49,800 bases of DNA, taken from assembly GCA_021159105.1 (NCBI GenBank), contig JAGGSM010000064.1:1-49800 (forward strand). Reading direction: 5' to 3'. Both the position numbers and the translations under genes were made by a program. The notes beneath the pieces are model-generated. The model was given only the letters and a program-made list of their open reading frames with translations, did no database searches and was not told where the DNA came from. The stretch is from Candidatus Bipolaricaulota bacterium (GTDB lineage: Bacteria; Bipolaricaulota; Bipolaricaulia; UBA7950; UBA9294). This document shows positions 39,487-46,555 of the stretch, one piece after another (the first letter of the stretch is position 1; each line of letters begins with the position of its first letter).

Positions 39487-39670
39487 GCATCTACTAAGAG
39501 CAAACCGCCCGAAAGGGCGGGACGCAAAGCTACGGACCTTCTGGACAACGCTCGCAAGGAGCATTGTGTAAAGGGCAAACCGGGAGCGATCCCGGGACGC
39601 AAAGCCACGGGTCTCATTGAGACAGCCGGGTTGCCGCAAGCAGTCTGATGGTGGCCGAGTTGCTGGATGC
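39487..39670 (+). promoter_or_regulatory. c-di-GMP-I (GEMM-I) riboswitch, outer aptamer of a nested tandem, copy 1
   Basis: 5' half GCAAACC-GCCC-GAAA-GGGC-GGGACGCAAAGCUACGGACC (39500-39538). 3' half GAUGGUGGCCGAGUUGCU (39647-39664). Closing helix GCAUCUA/UGGAUGC. Encloses the inner aptamer. Confidence 0.62.
39573..39635 (+). promoter_or_regulatory. c-di-GMP-I (GEMM-I) riboswitch, inner complete aptamer, copy 1
   Basis: GGGCAAACC GGGA-GCGA-UCCC GGGACGCAAAGCC ACGG GUCUC-AUU-GAGAC AGCCGGGUUGCC. Matches the GEMM-I core (GCAAAC, GNRA hairpin, GGACGCAAAGCC, GCCGGGUUnCC) as recalled from Vc2/RF01051. Confidence 0.85.
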
Positions 39671-39699
39671 ACTCAAGAAACCATTGGGAGGTGTTCTTA

Positions 39700-40161
39700 A
39701 TGAGGAGCAGTAGAGTGATGGTAGGCCTGTTGGTGTTGAGCTTGGTGGTTGGGATGATTGGACTGGCTGGTATTGCTAAGCCAGGGAAACCACTGCCGCT
39801 GGGCCCGCGCCCATTGCCGCCGGAGATGTCTAACAGCGTTACTGATATGGTTTCATGGACTGTTCAGGGGTTCATCGAACTGACGATCGATGATAGTGCG
39901 TTCGACTTTGGACTGATCGATGCTGGAGTTGACTCCGTGACCGTAGAAGAGGCGAACACACTGGCTGTCGTAAGCAACACGGAGTGGACGCTGAGCTACA
40001 CGATCACGGGAACTGGCAGCGATCACCTGGGGGTCCTGCTCTCTGACGAAGCAGGAGAAGGGAACGCCGAAATCAACGTCGGCTACAGCCTGAATGACCT
40101 CCGTTCGATGGACCCGGGTAGCTACACTGCTACGGTTACCTACACAGTAGCGGCCAAGTAA
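39700..40161 (+). CDS. small secreted beta-sandwich protein, WxL-like/pilin-like (paralog 1)
   Basis: 153 aa from ATG 39700 (GGGAGGTG, 6-nt spacer), plus a signal peptide. Motifs are IELTIDDSAFDFGLID, VVSNTEWTLSYT and C-terminal PGSYTATVTYTVAAK. Confidence 0.8.
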   Translation: MRSSRVMVGLLVLSLVVGMIGLAGIAKPGKPLPLGPRPLPPEMSNSVTDMVSWTVQGFIELTIDDSAFDFGLIDAGVDSVTVEEANTLAVVSNTEWTLSYTITGTGSDHLGVLLSDEAGEGNAEINVGYSLNDLRSMDPGSYTATVTYTVAAK

Positions 40162-40175
40162 GGGATGGGGATTGC

Positions 40176-40206
40176 AGCCTCGGGCCTCGTGAGTGGTCCC
40201 GAGGCT
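40176..40206 (+). terminator. hairpin terminator after paralog 1
   Basis: AGCCTCGGG (40176-40184) pairs with CCCGAGGCT (40198-40206) across a 13-nt loop, followed by TCTCTTGTG. Confidence 0.55.
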
Positions 40207-40317
40207 TCTCTTGTGCACTGAACTACCTGCCGCAAGCAAGCGGTGTATCGAGAGGCTTGCAAGAAGCACGCCTGCGGGATGGGCAGTGAAAATCCCAAGG
40301 GATTTCGTGTTCTTCAT

Positions 40318-40346
40318 GTCTAAAAGTATCCGTTTCAAGGTATACT
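40318..40346 (+). promoter_or_regulatory. shared promoter-like motif, copy 2 (GTCTAAA-N16-TATACT)
   Basis: GTCTAAAAGTATCCGTTTCAAGGTATACTATAAGTG. Same 23-nt register as copy 1. Confidence 0.5.
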
Positions 40347-40499
40347 ATAAGTGTAGGTCATTGACAAGTGAACCGAGAGGAAAAGGAAGATGGATTGTCG
40401 AAAGGCGAGCAGACTGAGAAGCAGCTCGCCTGACGGCATGAGAAGGATCGAAAGATTGCAGTGGACGGTCCACTGCAAGTACTAGATATCCTCGGAGAA

Positions 40500-40688
40500 G
40501 CATCTACTAAAAGCAAACCGCCTGAAAGGGTGGGACGCAAAGCTACGGACCTTCTAGACAACGCTCGCAAGGGCATTGTGTACAAGGGCAAACCGGGAGC
40601 GATCCCGGGACGCAAAGCCACGGGCCTCTTGTATCAGAGGCAGCCGGGTTGCCGCAGGCAGTCTAATGGTGGCCGAGTCGCTAGATGC
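40500..40688 (+). promoter_or_regulatory. c-di-GMP-I riboswitch, outer aptamer of nested tandem, copy 2
   Basis: GCAAACC-GCCU-GAAA-GGGU-GGGACGCAAAGCUACGGACC (40513-40551), then AAUGGUGGCCGAGUCGCU (40665-40682). Closing helix GCAUCUA/UAGAUGC is 7 Watson-Crick bp. Confidence 0.62.
40586..40653 (+). promoter_or_regulatory. c-di-GMP-I riboswitch, inner complete aptamer, copy 2
   Basis: GGGCAAACC GGGA-GCGA-UCCC GGGACGCAAAGCC ACGG GCCUCU-UGUAUC-AGAGGC AGCCGGGUUGCC. The distal P3 helix differs from copy 1 but stays complementary. Confidence 0.85.
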
Positions 40689-40717
40689 ACTCAAAAAACC
40701 ATTGGGAGGTGCTTTCA

Positions 40718-41158
40718 ATGAGGATAAACAAGTTTATGGTAGGCATGTTGGTGTTGGGTTTGGCAGTGAGCGTTCTAGGCGCAGTCGCTTTGGCGACGCC
40801 CGGACACGGGAATGGCTACCACGCTTCAGATACGGCAGTAGACAACGTCTCGTGGACGATCCAGGGGTTCATTGAACTCACGATCGATAACGGCGCGTTT
40901 GATTTTGGTGAGATCGCTGCCGGTGTGGACTCCGTGAGCGAAAGAAACGCGAATACGCTGCATGTATTCAGCAACACAGCGTGGAAGCTCTCTTACTCCG
41001 TAACTGGAGCAGGAAGCGATCACCTGAGTGTGGCCATGTCTTCAGACGAAGGTGAAGGTAACGACGACATAACCGTCGGCTACAGCTTGAATAACCTTCG
41101 AATGATGCATCCTGATACGTACACGGCAACAGTCGTCTACACCGTCGCTGCCAAGTGA
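40718..41158 (+). CDS. small secreted beta-sandwich protein, WxL-like/pilin-like (paralog 2)
   Basis: 146 aa from ATG 40718 (GGGAGGTG RBS), plus a signal peptide. Motifs are IELTIDNGAFDFGEIA, VFSNTAWKLSYS and PDTYTATVVYTVAAK. Confidence 0.8.
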   Translation: MRINKFMVGMLVLGLAVSVLGAVALATPGHGNGYHASDTAVDNVSWTIQGFIELTIDNGAFDFGEIAAGVDSVSERNANTLHVFSNTAWKLSYSVTGAGSDHLSVAMSSDEGEGNDDITVGYSLNNLRMMHPDTYTATVVYTVAAK

Positions 41159-41169
41159 TAACTAAACCG

Positions 41170-41197
41170 CCCGGGGACCGAGCAATCGGTCCCCGGG
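41170..41197 (+). terminator. hairpin terminator after paralog 2
   Basis: CCCGGGGACCGA-GCAA-TCGGTCCCCGGG, a 12-bp stem with a GNRA loop. The following T-tract is weak. Confidence 0.55.
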
Positions 41198-41447
41198 ACA
41201 TTCATTCTCGGTTCTCAGTCAACATGGTGAGCCCAGGAGCGCACAGCGGTGATACCAGTGGAGATCTATGTGCTATCAAGGAGTGCTCTGAAAAGAAGCA
41301 CCCGGCATCGGTTATCAAACCCCTCCTCCTGCAGTTATACTTCATACAGTCAGTGGTGCTTCCGCTGTAACGGTGCGTGTTCGCTGGCCTGTTAGAAGGT
41401 GGGTAGGAGTCAACATCACGTTCGAAGCGAAGTGGTGAGGAGGGGGG

Positions 41448-42512
41448 ATGATGCTAAGAGAGATGAGGTCTTCGGGCATTCACCTGATCGTTCTCTTCGT
41501 TATCGTGATCCTCTCGGTCAGCCTCCTGCAGGTCATCGGAGAGGCGGTGGTTATATCGAAGAGCCTCCTGCGCTTTGATGCTCAACCGGGGGCCAATGAG
41601 GAGACCCTGCTTACGGTTGAGAACAACGAGGGAAGCGACATCCGTGTCAGGGTCCGACTCATCGACTGGGATGATACCCCGGATGGGCGAACTCTCCTCT
41701 TTTCTCCGGATACCATTGAACGCTCCTGTTCCTCCTGGATAGAGTATGCTCCGCAGGCGTTCAATCTGCGCCCTGGACAGAAGCAGGAGGTACACGTGAC
41801 GATCCGTGTCCCCTCTTCAGCCGTGGGAACGTACTGGGCGGCTCTGCTCGTTGATAAGCCCGCCCAGCCAGACGCCCCGCCCGAGGGCGGGATTCGCGCC
41901 AAGACCCAGTTCTTGATAAAGATCTATCAGACATCCCTTCCAGCATCAACCACCGGGAAGATAGCAAGCGTTGTTGTCCGTGGGCTGGATCCGCTCTGGG
42001 TGACACTTCAGTTCGCCAACACAGGAGAGACCCTGATGGAGGACGTCAGCGCCACGGCTACTCTGCAGGATCGCACCGGACAGACGCTTGGTGAGCTCTC
42101 ATCTGATCCATTTTCCGTCCTGCCGGGCCACACGGTGGATGTTGCATTGGCAAGTTCACTTTACATGCAGGTTCCGGGAGTGTACCTCGTCACAGCGGTC
42201 GCCGACTATGGGGCCGATTACCTCGTTGCCGGCCAGGTCGCTCTGCGGATAAAGCAACTATCTCTCTCACCGATAGGGGGAAGCCTCAACACTCCAACAG
42301 ACCTCGATGGAGATGGCCTGTATGAAGACATAGACGGCGATGGAAGGCTCACGGAAGCGGACCTGTCTCTGTACACGAGCAACCTCGATGATAGGTGCAT
42401 AACGCGAAACAAACGCGCGTTTGACTATGACAACGACGGCGAGATAACACAGGACGATGTGGGCCTGTTACAGGCAATGCTATCACGCCAACAGGAGCGC
42501 GCCGGAAGGTGA
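41448..42512 (+). CDS. secreted two-Ig-domain, chaperone-like protein (DUF916/DUF3324-like) with C-terminal dockerin-type repeats
   Basis: Signal/TM segment. LLRFDAQPGANEETLLTVENNEGSDIRVRVRLIDW... is followed by a second beta domain. The C-terminus (nt about 42300-42485) has DLDGDGLYEDIDGDGRLTEADLSLY and DYDNDGEITQDDVGLLQAML, a duplicated Ca-binding loop plus helix as in type-I dockerins. Confidence 0.72.
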   Translation: MMLREMRSSGIHLIVLFVIVILSVSLLQVIGEAVVISKSLLRFDAQPGANEETLLTVENNEGSDIRVRVRLIDWDDTPDGRTLLFSPDTIERSCSSWIEYAPQAFNLRPGQKQEVHVTIRVPSSAVGTYWAALLVDKPAQPDAPPEGGIRAKTQFLIKIYQTSLPASTTGKIASVVVRGLDPLWVTLQFANTGETLMEDVSATATLQDRTGQTLGELSSDPFSVLPGHTVDVALASSLYMQVPGVYLVTAVADYGADYLVAGQVALRIKQLSLSPIGGSLNTPTDLDGDGLYEDIDGDGRLTEADLSLYTSNLDDRCITRNKRAFDYDNDGEITQDDVGLLQAMLSRQQERAGR

Positions 42513-42632
42513 CACGCTCGCTGGCTTGCAATCCGCAGTAACATCGACCCAATCACGTCCCACTTCCCGCGCTCACAGAGCTACCACGCCCCTCGAAGGT
42601 GCAGGGTGAGCTGTGGCACGGCCCATCTGTGA

Positions 42633-43958
42633 TCAACCCGGATCATCTTCGCCAGCAGGCTGTATGCTGCTCAGGATATCCTTCAAACTAGGTGCTTCCT
42701 GCCCATTCCAACCGTCAGCTCTGACAGATATGGTGAAGTCAAGGCCCATCTCCGCATTGAGATTGGCCACTTGATCGCTCAGTCGCTTTGAGGCCACCTG
42801 TGCTCCGGCAAGCGGTGTCTCCGGCAGCAGCGCCACGAACCGTTGCTCGCTCACACGAAATACTGGATCAACCGATCGGAGCTTCGCAATGAGGAGGTTC
42901 GCTGTCGCCTGCAGGAGACGTTTCTTATTCTCTTCAGAGGTTCCCTCGCCCGGAGATATGTCTACGATCAGGACCGAAGTTGGATGCCCGTAGCGTGCTC
43001 CCTTCTTCAACTCCTGATCAAGGAGCCTTTGGAAGTAGGAGAACGTGTAAGTGCCCGTCTCTTCGTCGAGCATAACTACGTCCCGCAGTGCCTGTTCGCG
43101 CGATCCGATCACCTTTATCATCAGGTTGAAGACATCGATGAACCGCGCCATCTCGTCACGTACCTTCAGCCCTGCTTGCCTGACCGGCCCAGTCGATACC
43201 TGCACACCGTAGTTCCTCTGTGAGACACTCTCCGCCGCTGCTGCCAGCCTAAGGATCGGCCGGGTGACGATGAGGCTCACGATCCCGTAGATGAGGAAGC
43301 CGAGAACGAGGAATCCGATAACAGATGCCAGCCCAAGCTCTAGTGAGAGGTGATTGACGTAGCGTTGCTGTTCGGCAAGGGACATGTCCACCGAGACTAC
43401 CCCGACCAGATCTGCATCCATGAATAGAGGATAGTCTGCGCGCAGGTATGCTTCTCCCCCTACCCGAACCTGCCTTACCCGCACATCCCGCAGGGCGAGC
43501 AAGGCGCCCTGCGCTTCTTGTGAAAGGATCTTGCCAATCAGTGACGAGTCCGTGCTAGCGACAACTCGCAGCCCCCTGCCGGTCACTCCGCTGACCGTTA
43601 TGCCGACGATAGAGTCGTATCGTGTCATCAGGGTATTGATGTCTTGTTCCAGTTGGTCGGAGTAGTACAGTATATATGCCTTCTCCTGAAGCGACTTGGA
43701 GACGACGCTTGCCACGCTGCGGGCACGCTGCTCGTAGATCCCAGCGATGGTGGTGTGAAGCGATGTGAGCGACAACCAGGCTAGGATGCCGATAACTGAG
43801 AGTGTGATCACGAAGACAGGAACAAGAATCTTGATCTTCAGGGGGGATCGATAGTAGATGTTCGATGACAGGGTCATCAAGCCTCTCTTCAACCGGTGCT
43901 TGATCCTTGCCAGGTATCCCTGCTCTTCCGCTCTCTTGTCCTCAACATTCTCGGACAT
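42633..43958 (-). CDS. membrane sensor protein: extracytoplasmic domain, HAMP, degenerate GGDEF domain with intact RxxD I-site
   Basis: Two TM segments flank a domain of about 150 aa, followed by HAMP-like RPILRLAAAAESVSQ...FIDVFNLMI. The GGDEF position reads SEQRF, and RSVD lies exactly 5 residues upstream (KLRSVDPVFRVSEQRF, nt 42837-42878). DxLT...NRR is replaced by DEETGTYTFSYF. Start at ATG 43956-43958 behind GGAGGG. Confidence 0.8.
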   Translation of the reverse strand: MSENVEDKRAEEQGYLARIKHRLKRGLMTLSSNIYYRSPLKIKILVPVFVITLSVIGILAWLSLTSLHTTIAGIYEQRARSVASVVSKSLQEKAYILYYSDQLEQDINTLMTRYDSIVGITVSGVTGRGLRVVASTDSSLIGKILSQEAQGALLALRDVRVRQVRVGGEAYLRADYPLFMDADLVGVVSVDMSLAEQQRYVNHLSLELGLASVIGFLVLGFLIYGIVSLIVTRPILRLAAAAESVSQRNYGVQVSTGPVRQAGLKVRDEMARFIDVFNLMIKVIGSREQALRDVVMLDEETGTYTFSYFQRLLDQELKKGARYGHPTSVLIVDISPGEGTSEENKKRLLQATANLLIAKLRSVDPVFRVSEQRFVALLPETPLAGAQVASKRLSDQVANLNAEMGLDFTISVRADGWNGQEAPSLKDILSSIQPAGEDDPG

Positions 43959-43972
43959 TGCTACCAACCCTC

Positions 43973-46450
43973 CTATTGAGCCATCAATCCTTGCTGCACC
44001 ATGAACTGCCTGGCAGCCGCCGCTGGATCGCTGTGTAATAACCGTACCCTACTTACCAGGGAATGTACATTATCCGATGTGAGAAGGGGGCGAAGCTCCT
44101 CTTCAATAGCTCGCACTCCAGGGTGTGCATCGATCACGCTCTGGCGCGTGAAGAAGGTTATCTGCCGGGCAGTCAATGCTCCCTGATCATCGTTGAGTGC
44201 CTGGTATCCCACAATCGTAACTGCCTCTTGCAAGCTATGTACAATCGCTGCATCGACTGTCCCCAACTTCAGTGCGGTCTCTGACTCATCGATCCCGTTG
44301 GTCCAGACTACGTTATCCTCTTCGAGTGTTATCCCATATGTCGATGCGAGTGCTGCAACGCTGGCATGAGGGATCTCCCGCTCTACAGCTAGCTTCACGC
44401 TTCTCTGATCACCTGTGAGGTAGATGGCCAGGTTGGAGATTGTCGTTCCAGATAGATGGGTAGCTATCTCCGGGGATACGACAAGCAGGAGCGTATCTTC
44501 TGCTGGAAGAAGGCTGGAGGCGCTTATCCCTGTGTCCGATAGCTCTTTCACATCGAACAGATCGGCCTTCCCAACAGCGACATCGATATCGCCAGCGATG
44601 AGGGCATCCTTCACCTGTTCCTCGCTTTCGAGTCCGATTAGGTCGATCACTCTCATCCCCTCACTCGTTAATCCGAGCTGGAGGAGGCGAGCGATCATGA
44701 CTTGGTCGAGGGAGCTCGTTGCACCGAGGGCAACCGATGCCTTCCAAGACGACCTGGGGAGCACGACCTGGCCTACAATGCGGGAAGGGTCCTCTTCTTC
44801 TGCGCCGTTCCAGTAGTTTCCTTCCGCATAGATTGTCCTATCCGATGAGTTTGATATGTCGTATCTCTTGTTGCCGGAGAAGGAGTTCTTAGCTAGCGTA
44901 AGGGAGAAGCCCTGTTCCGCCCCGGCCAGAAGTTCGGAGTCGCTTCCTCGCAAGATCGTCTCTTGCTTGTCCAGTTTTGAGGAGATCTCCAGCCCAGTGG
45001 AGTTGTATGAGATAGTATTGCCTTCAAGCCTTGTGCCGGTCCCGGACTCGAACAGCCTTAGGGCAATCTCGCTGTGGCTGATGCGGTTGTCCAGAAGTGC
45101 GGTCTGTGATGAAGAGGCGATCAGTACTCCGACCTTGTTGTCCTTGAGAGTGTTGTCTTGAATGTGATTCTTGTCGGCATGATTGAGCAGACACAAGCCC
45201 TGTTCCGAGCTATTGGTCATGCTATTGCGCAGCAGTTGGTTATCGCTTGCTCCAATCAATGCCACTGCGTATGCGCTCCCAGCAGTGACATTGTCGAGGA
45301 GCAGATTCCGCGACCCGGCTGACAAGACAATTCCCGCCAGTGCGTTCTCCTTAAGCGAGTTGCGTAATACCCTATTTCTCGCACCTTCCAGGATCTGGAG
45401 CCCGATCGCGTTCTTCTCCAGGTCATTGGCAAGGATCAGGCTCGACTTAACCCCTTCCAGTGTGAGGGCTGTGCCTTGGCACGTGCTGACGAAGTTGTGC
45501 GTAATGCTGTTATCTTGGCACGCAGAGAGCGAAATCCCATCCCTGAGGCCGTCTTGCACGCTGTTTTCGGATATGGCGTTCTGTGGTGACTTGTACAGTG
45601 AGATCGCGTACTTGGCGCTCCTCCTGATTGAGTTATGCTCTATCCTGTTGTTGGAGGCAGTGTTCAGCAGAATGCCGGTTGCGCAGTCGGTGAACCTGCC
45701 CCCTGTAATGAGGTTCGAAGAGGAACTAAGAATCTCCAGACCGATTTCGCTGCAACTGATCGCGGTAAGCGTGGCGATCTCGTTCTCTTGTGAATCGTCT
45801 TCGATCGAGACTCCGACCCCAACCCCGTCCACGCTGATATCCTCGATCGTGTTGGACCAGGCGGAGGAGAGACGTACGCCAACTGCCGCGTCCTTTCCGA
45901 TGTGGATTTGCTGCAGCCTGTTTCGATTGGCGCTCATCATCTCTATTCCCGTCTTGCATCCGCCGATGACGATCGAGGTGATCACGCTACCGTTGGATTC
46001 GCTCGCCTGTATCCCGACGCGCGCTCCTTCGATAACAAGATCATCAAGACTGGCATTGACTGAGTGCAGCAATTGCACCCCGATGCCGTCTGCTTCGATC
46101 CTGAAACCACGTAACTCGATCCCCGTGGCATGAATTGTCACTGCCGGCTCACCGGTGGGACAGACAATCTTGGCTCGCCCGCCGGACGATATGATCGTTA
46201 CATTTGAAGCATCGATATGAATTGGCCCTTCGTACGGACCGCCTCTCGCTTGAACGACAATCGTCGAACCACCGGCGACTTGATCCAGAGCCGCTTGGAT
46301 CGTCGGGTAGTCCCTCGGCACGACTATCTGTGAAGAAGGAGCAGGTCTACTGACCAAGAAAAACCATGTAAGGGCGCAGGCCGCAAGGACTGCTACTCCT
46401 CCAATTCCCAGCACAAAGTGCCAACTTCCAGGCAGTTTCCTTGACCTCAT
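43973..46450 (-). CDS. membrane-anchored parallel beta-helix (NosD/PbH1-like) repeat protein fused to a C-terminal OpuAC-like solute-binding domain
   Basis: 825 aa with an N-terminal TM segment. About 20 repeats of roughly 22 aa (N..I..N.I....GI.L) span residues about 45-545. The last 255 aa or so (nt 43976 to about 44749) resemble glycine-betaine-type periplasmic binding domains (ALIAGDIDVAVG..., TVDAAIVHS...). Confidence 0.78.
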   Translation of the reverse strand: MRSRKLPGSWHFVLGIGGVAVLAACALTWFFLVSRPAPSSQIVVPRDYPTIQAALDQVAGGSTIVVQARGGPYEGPIHIDASNVTIISSGGRAKIVCPTGEPAVTIHATGIELRGFRIEADGIGVQLLHSVNASLDDLVIEGARVGIQASESNGSVITSIVIGGCKTGIEMMSANRNRLQQIHIGKDAAVGVRLSSAWSNTIEDISVDGVGVGVSIEDDSQENEIATLTAISCSEIGLEILSSSSNLITGGRFTDCATGILLNTASNNRIEHNSIRRSAKYAISLYKSPQNAISENSVQDGLRDGISLSACQDNSITHNFVSTCQGTALTLEGVKSSLILANDLEKNAIGLQILEGARNRVLRNSLKENALAGIVLSAGSRNLLLDNVTAGSAYAVALIGASDNQLLRNSMTNSSEQGLCLLNHADKNHIQDNTLKDNKVGVLIASSSQTALLDNRISHSEIALRLFESGTGTRLEGNTISYNSTGLEISSKLDKQETILRGSDSELLAGAEQGFSLTLAKNSFSGNKRYDISNSSDRTIYAEGNYWNGAEEEDPSRIVGQVVLPRSSWKASVALGATSSLDQVMIARLLQLGLTSEGMRVIDLIGLESEEQVKDALIAGDIDVAVGKADLFDVKELSDTGISASSLLPAEDTLLLVVSPEIATHLSGTTISNLAIYLTGDQRSVKLAVEREIPHASVAALASTYGITLEEDNVVWTNGIDESETALKLGTVDAAIVHSLQEAVTIVGYQALNDDQGALTARQITFFTRQSVIDAHPGVRAIEEELRPLLTSDNVHSLVSRVRLLHSDPAAAARQFMVQQGLMAQ

Positions 46451-46555
46451 GATCAGATGATAGCGATTGGTTACGACAAAGTGAAGGCCTCCCCATCATG
46501 TTCACAGGAGGTAGACGGGGAGGCCGGGAGCGTCAACGACGCATGGTTCTGGTCA

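Larger units (their letters stand above)
39316..41158 (+). repeat. tandem duplication of a roughly 0.85-1.0 kb unit (promoter, leader hairpin, tandem riboswitch, secreted-protein gene)
   Basis: Unit 1 is 39316-40161 and unit 2 is 40318-41158. The promoter block and riboswitch are about 90% identical by eye. The encoded proteins are roughly two-thirds identical by eye. Confidence 0.8.

Noticed and set aside
39266-39571. ORFs that read through the riboswitch leaders (39266-39571, 40461-40721, 40576-40875, 47488-47712) and the N-terminal extensions of 39667, 40685 and 47700
   Set aside because: The conserved peptide strings (e.g. KGKPGAIPGRKA) are translations of the GEMM-I RNA core. The true starts are the ATGs 6 nt after the GGGAGGTG/AGGAGGTG sites (39700, 40718, 47709).
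45183-46133. 316-aa plus-strand ORF
   Set aside because: It lies antisense to the beta-helix repeat gene. The repeat periodicity is visible only in the minus-strand frame.
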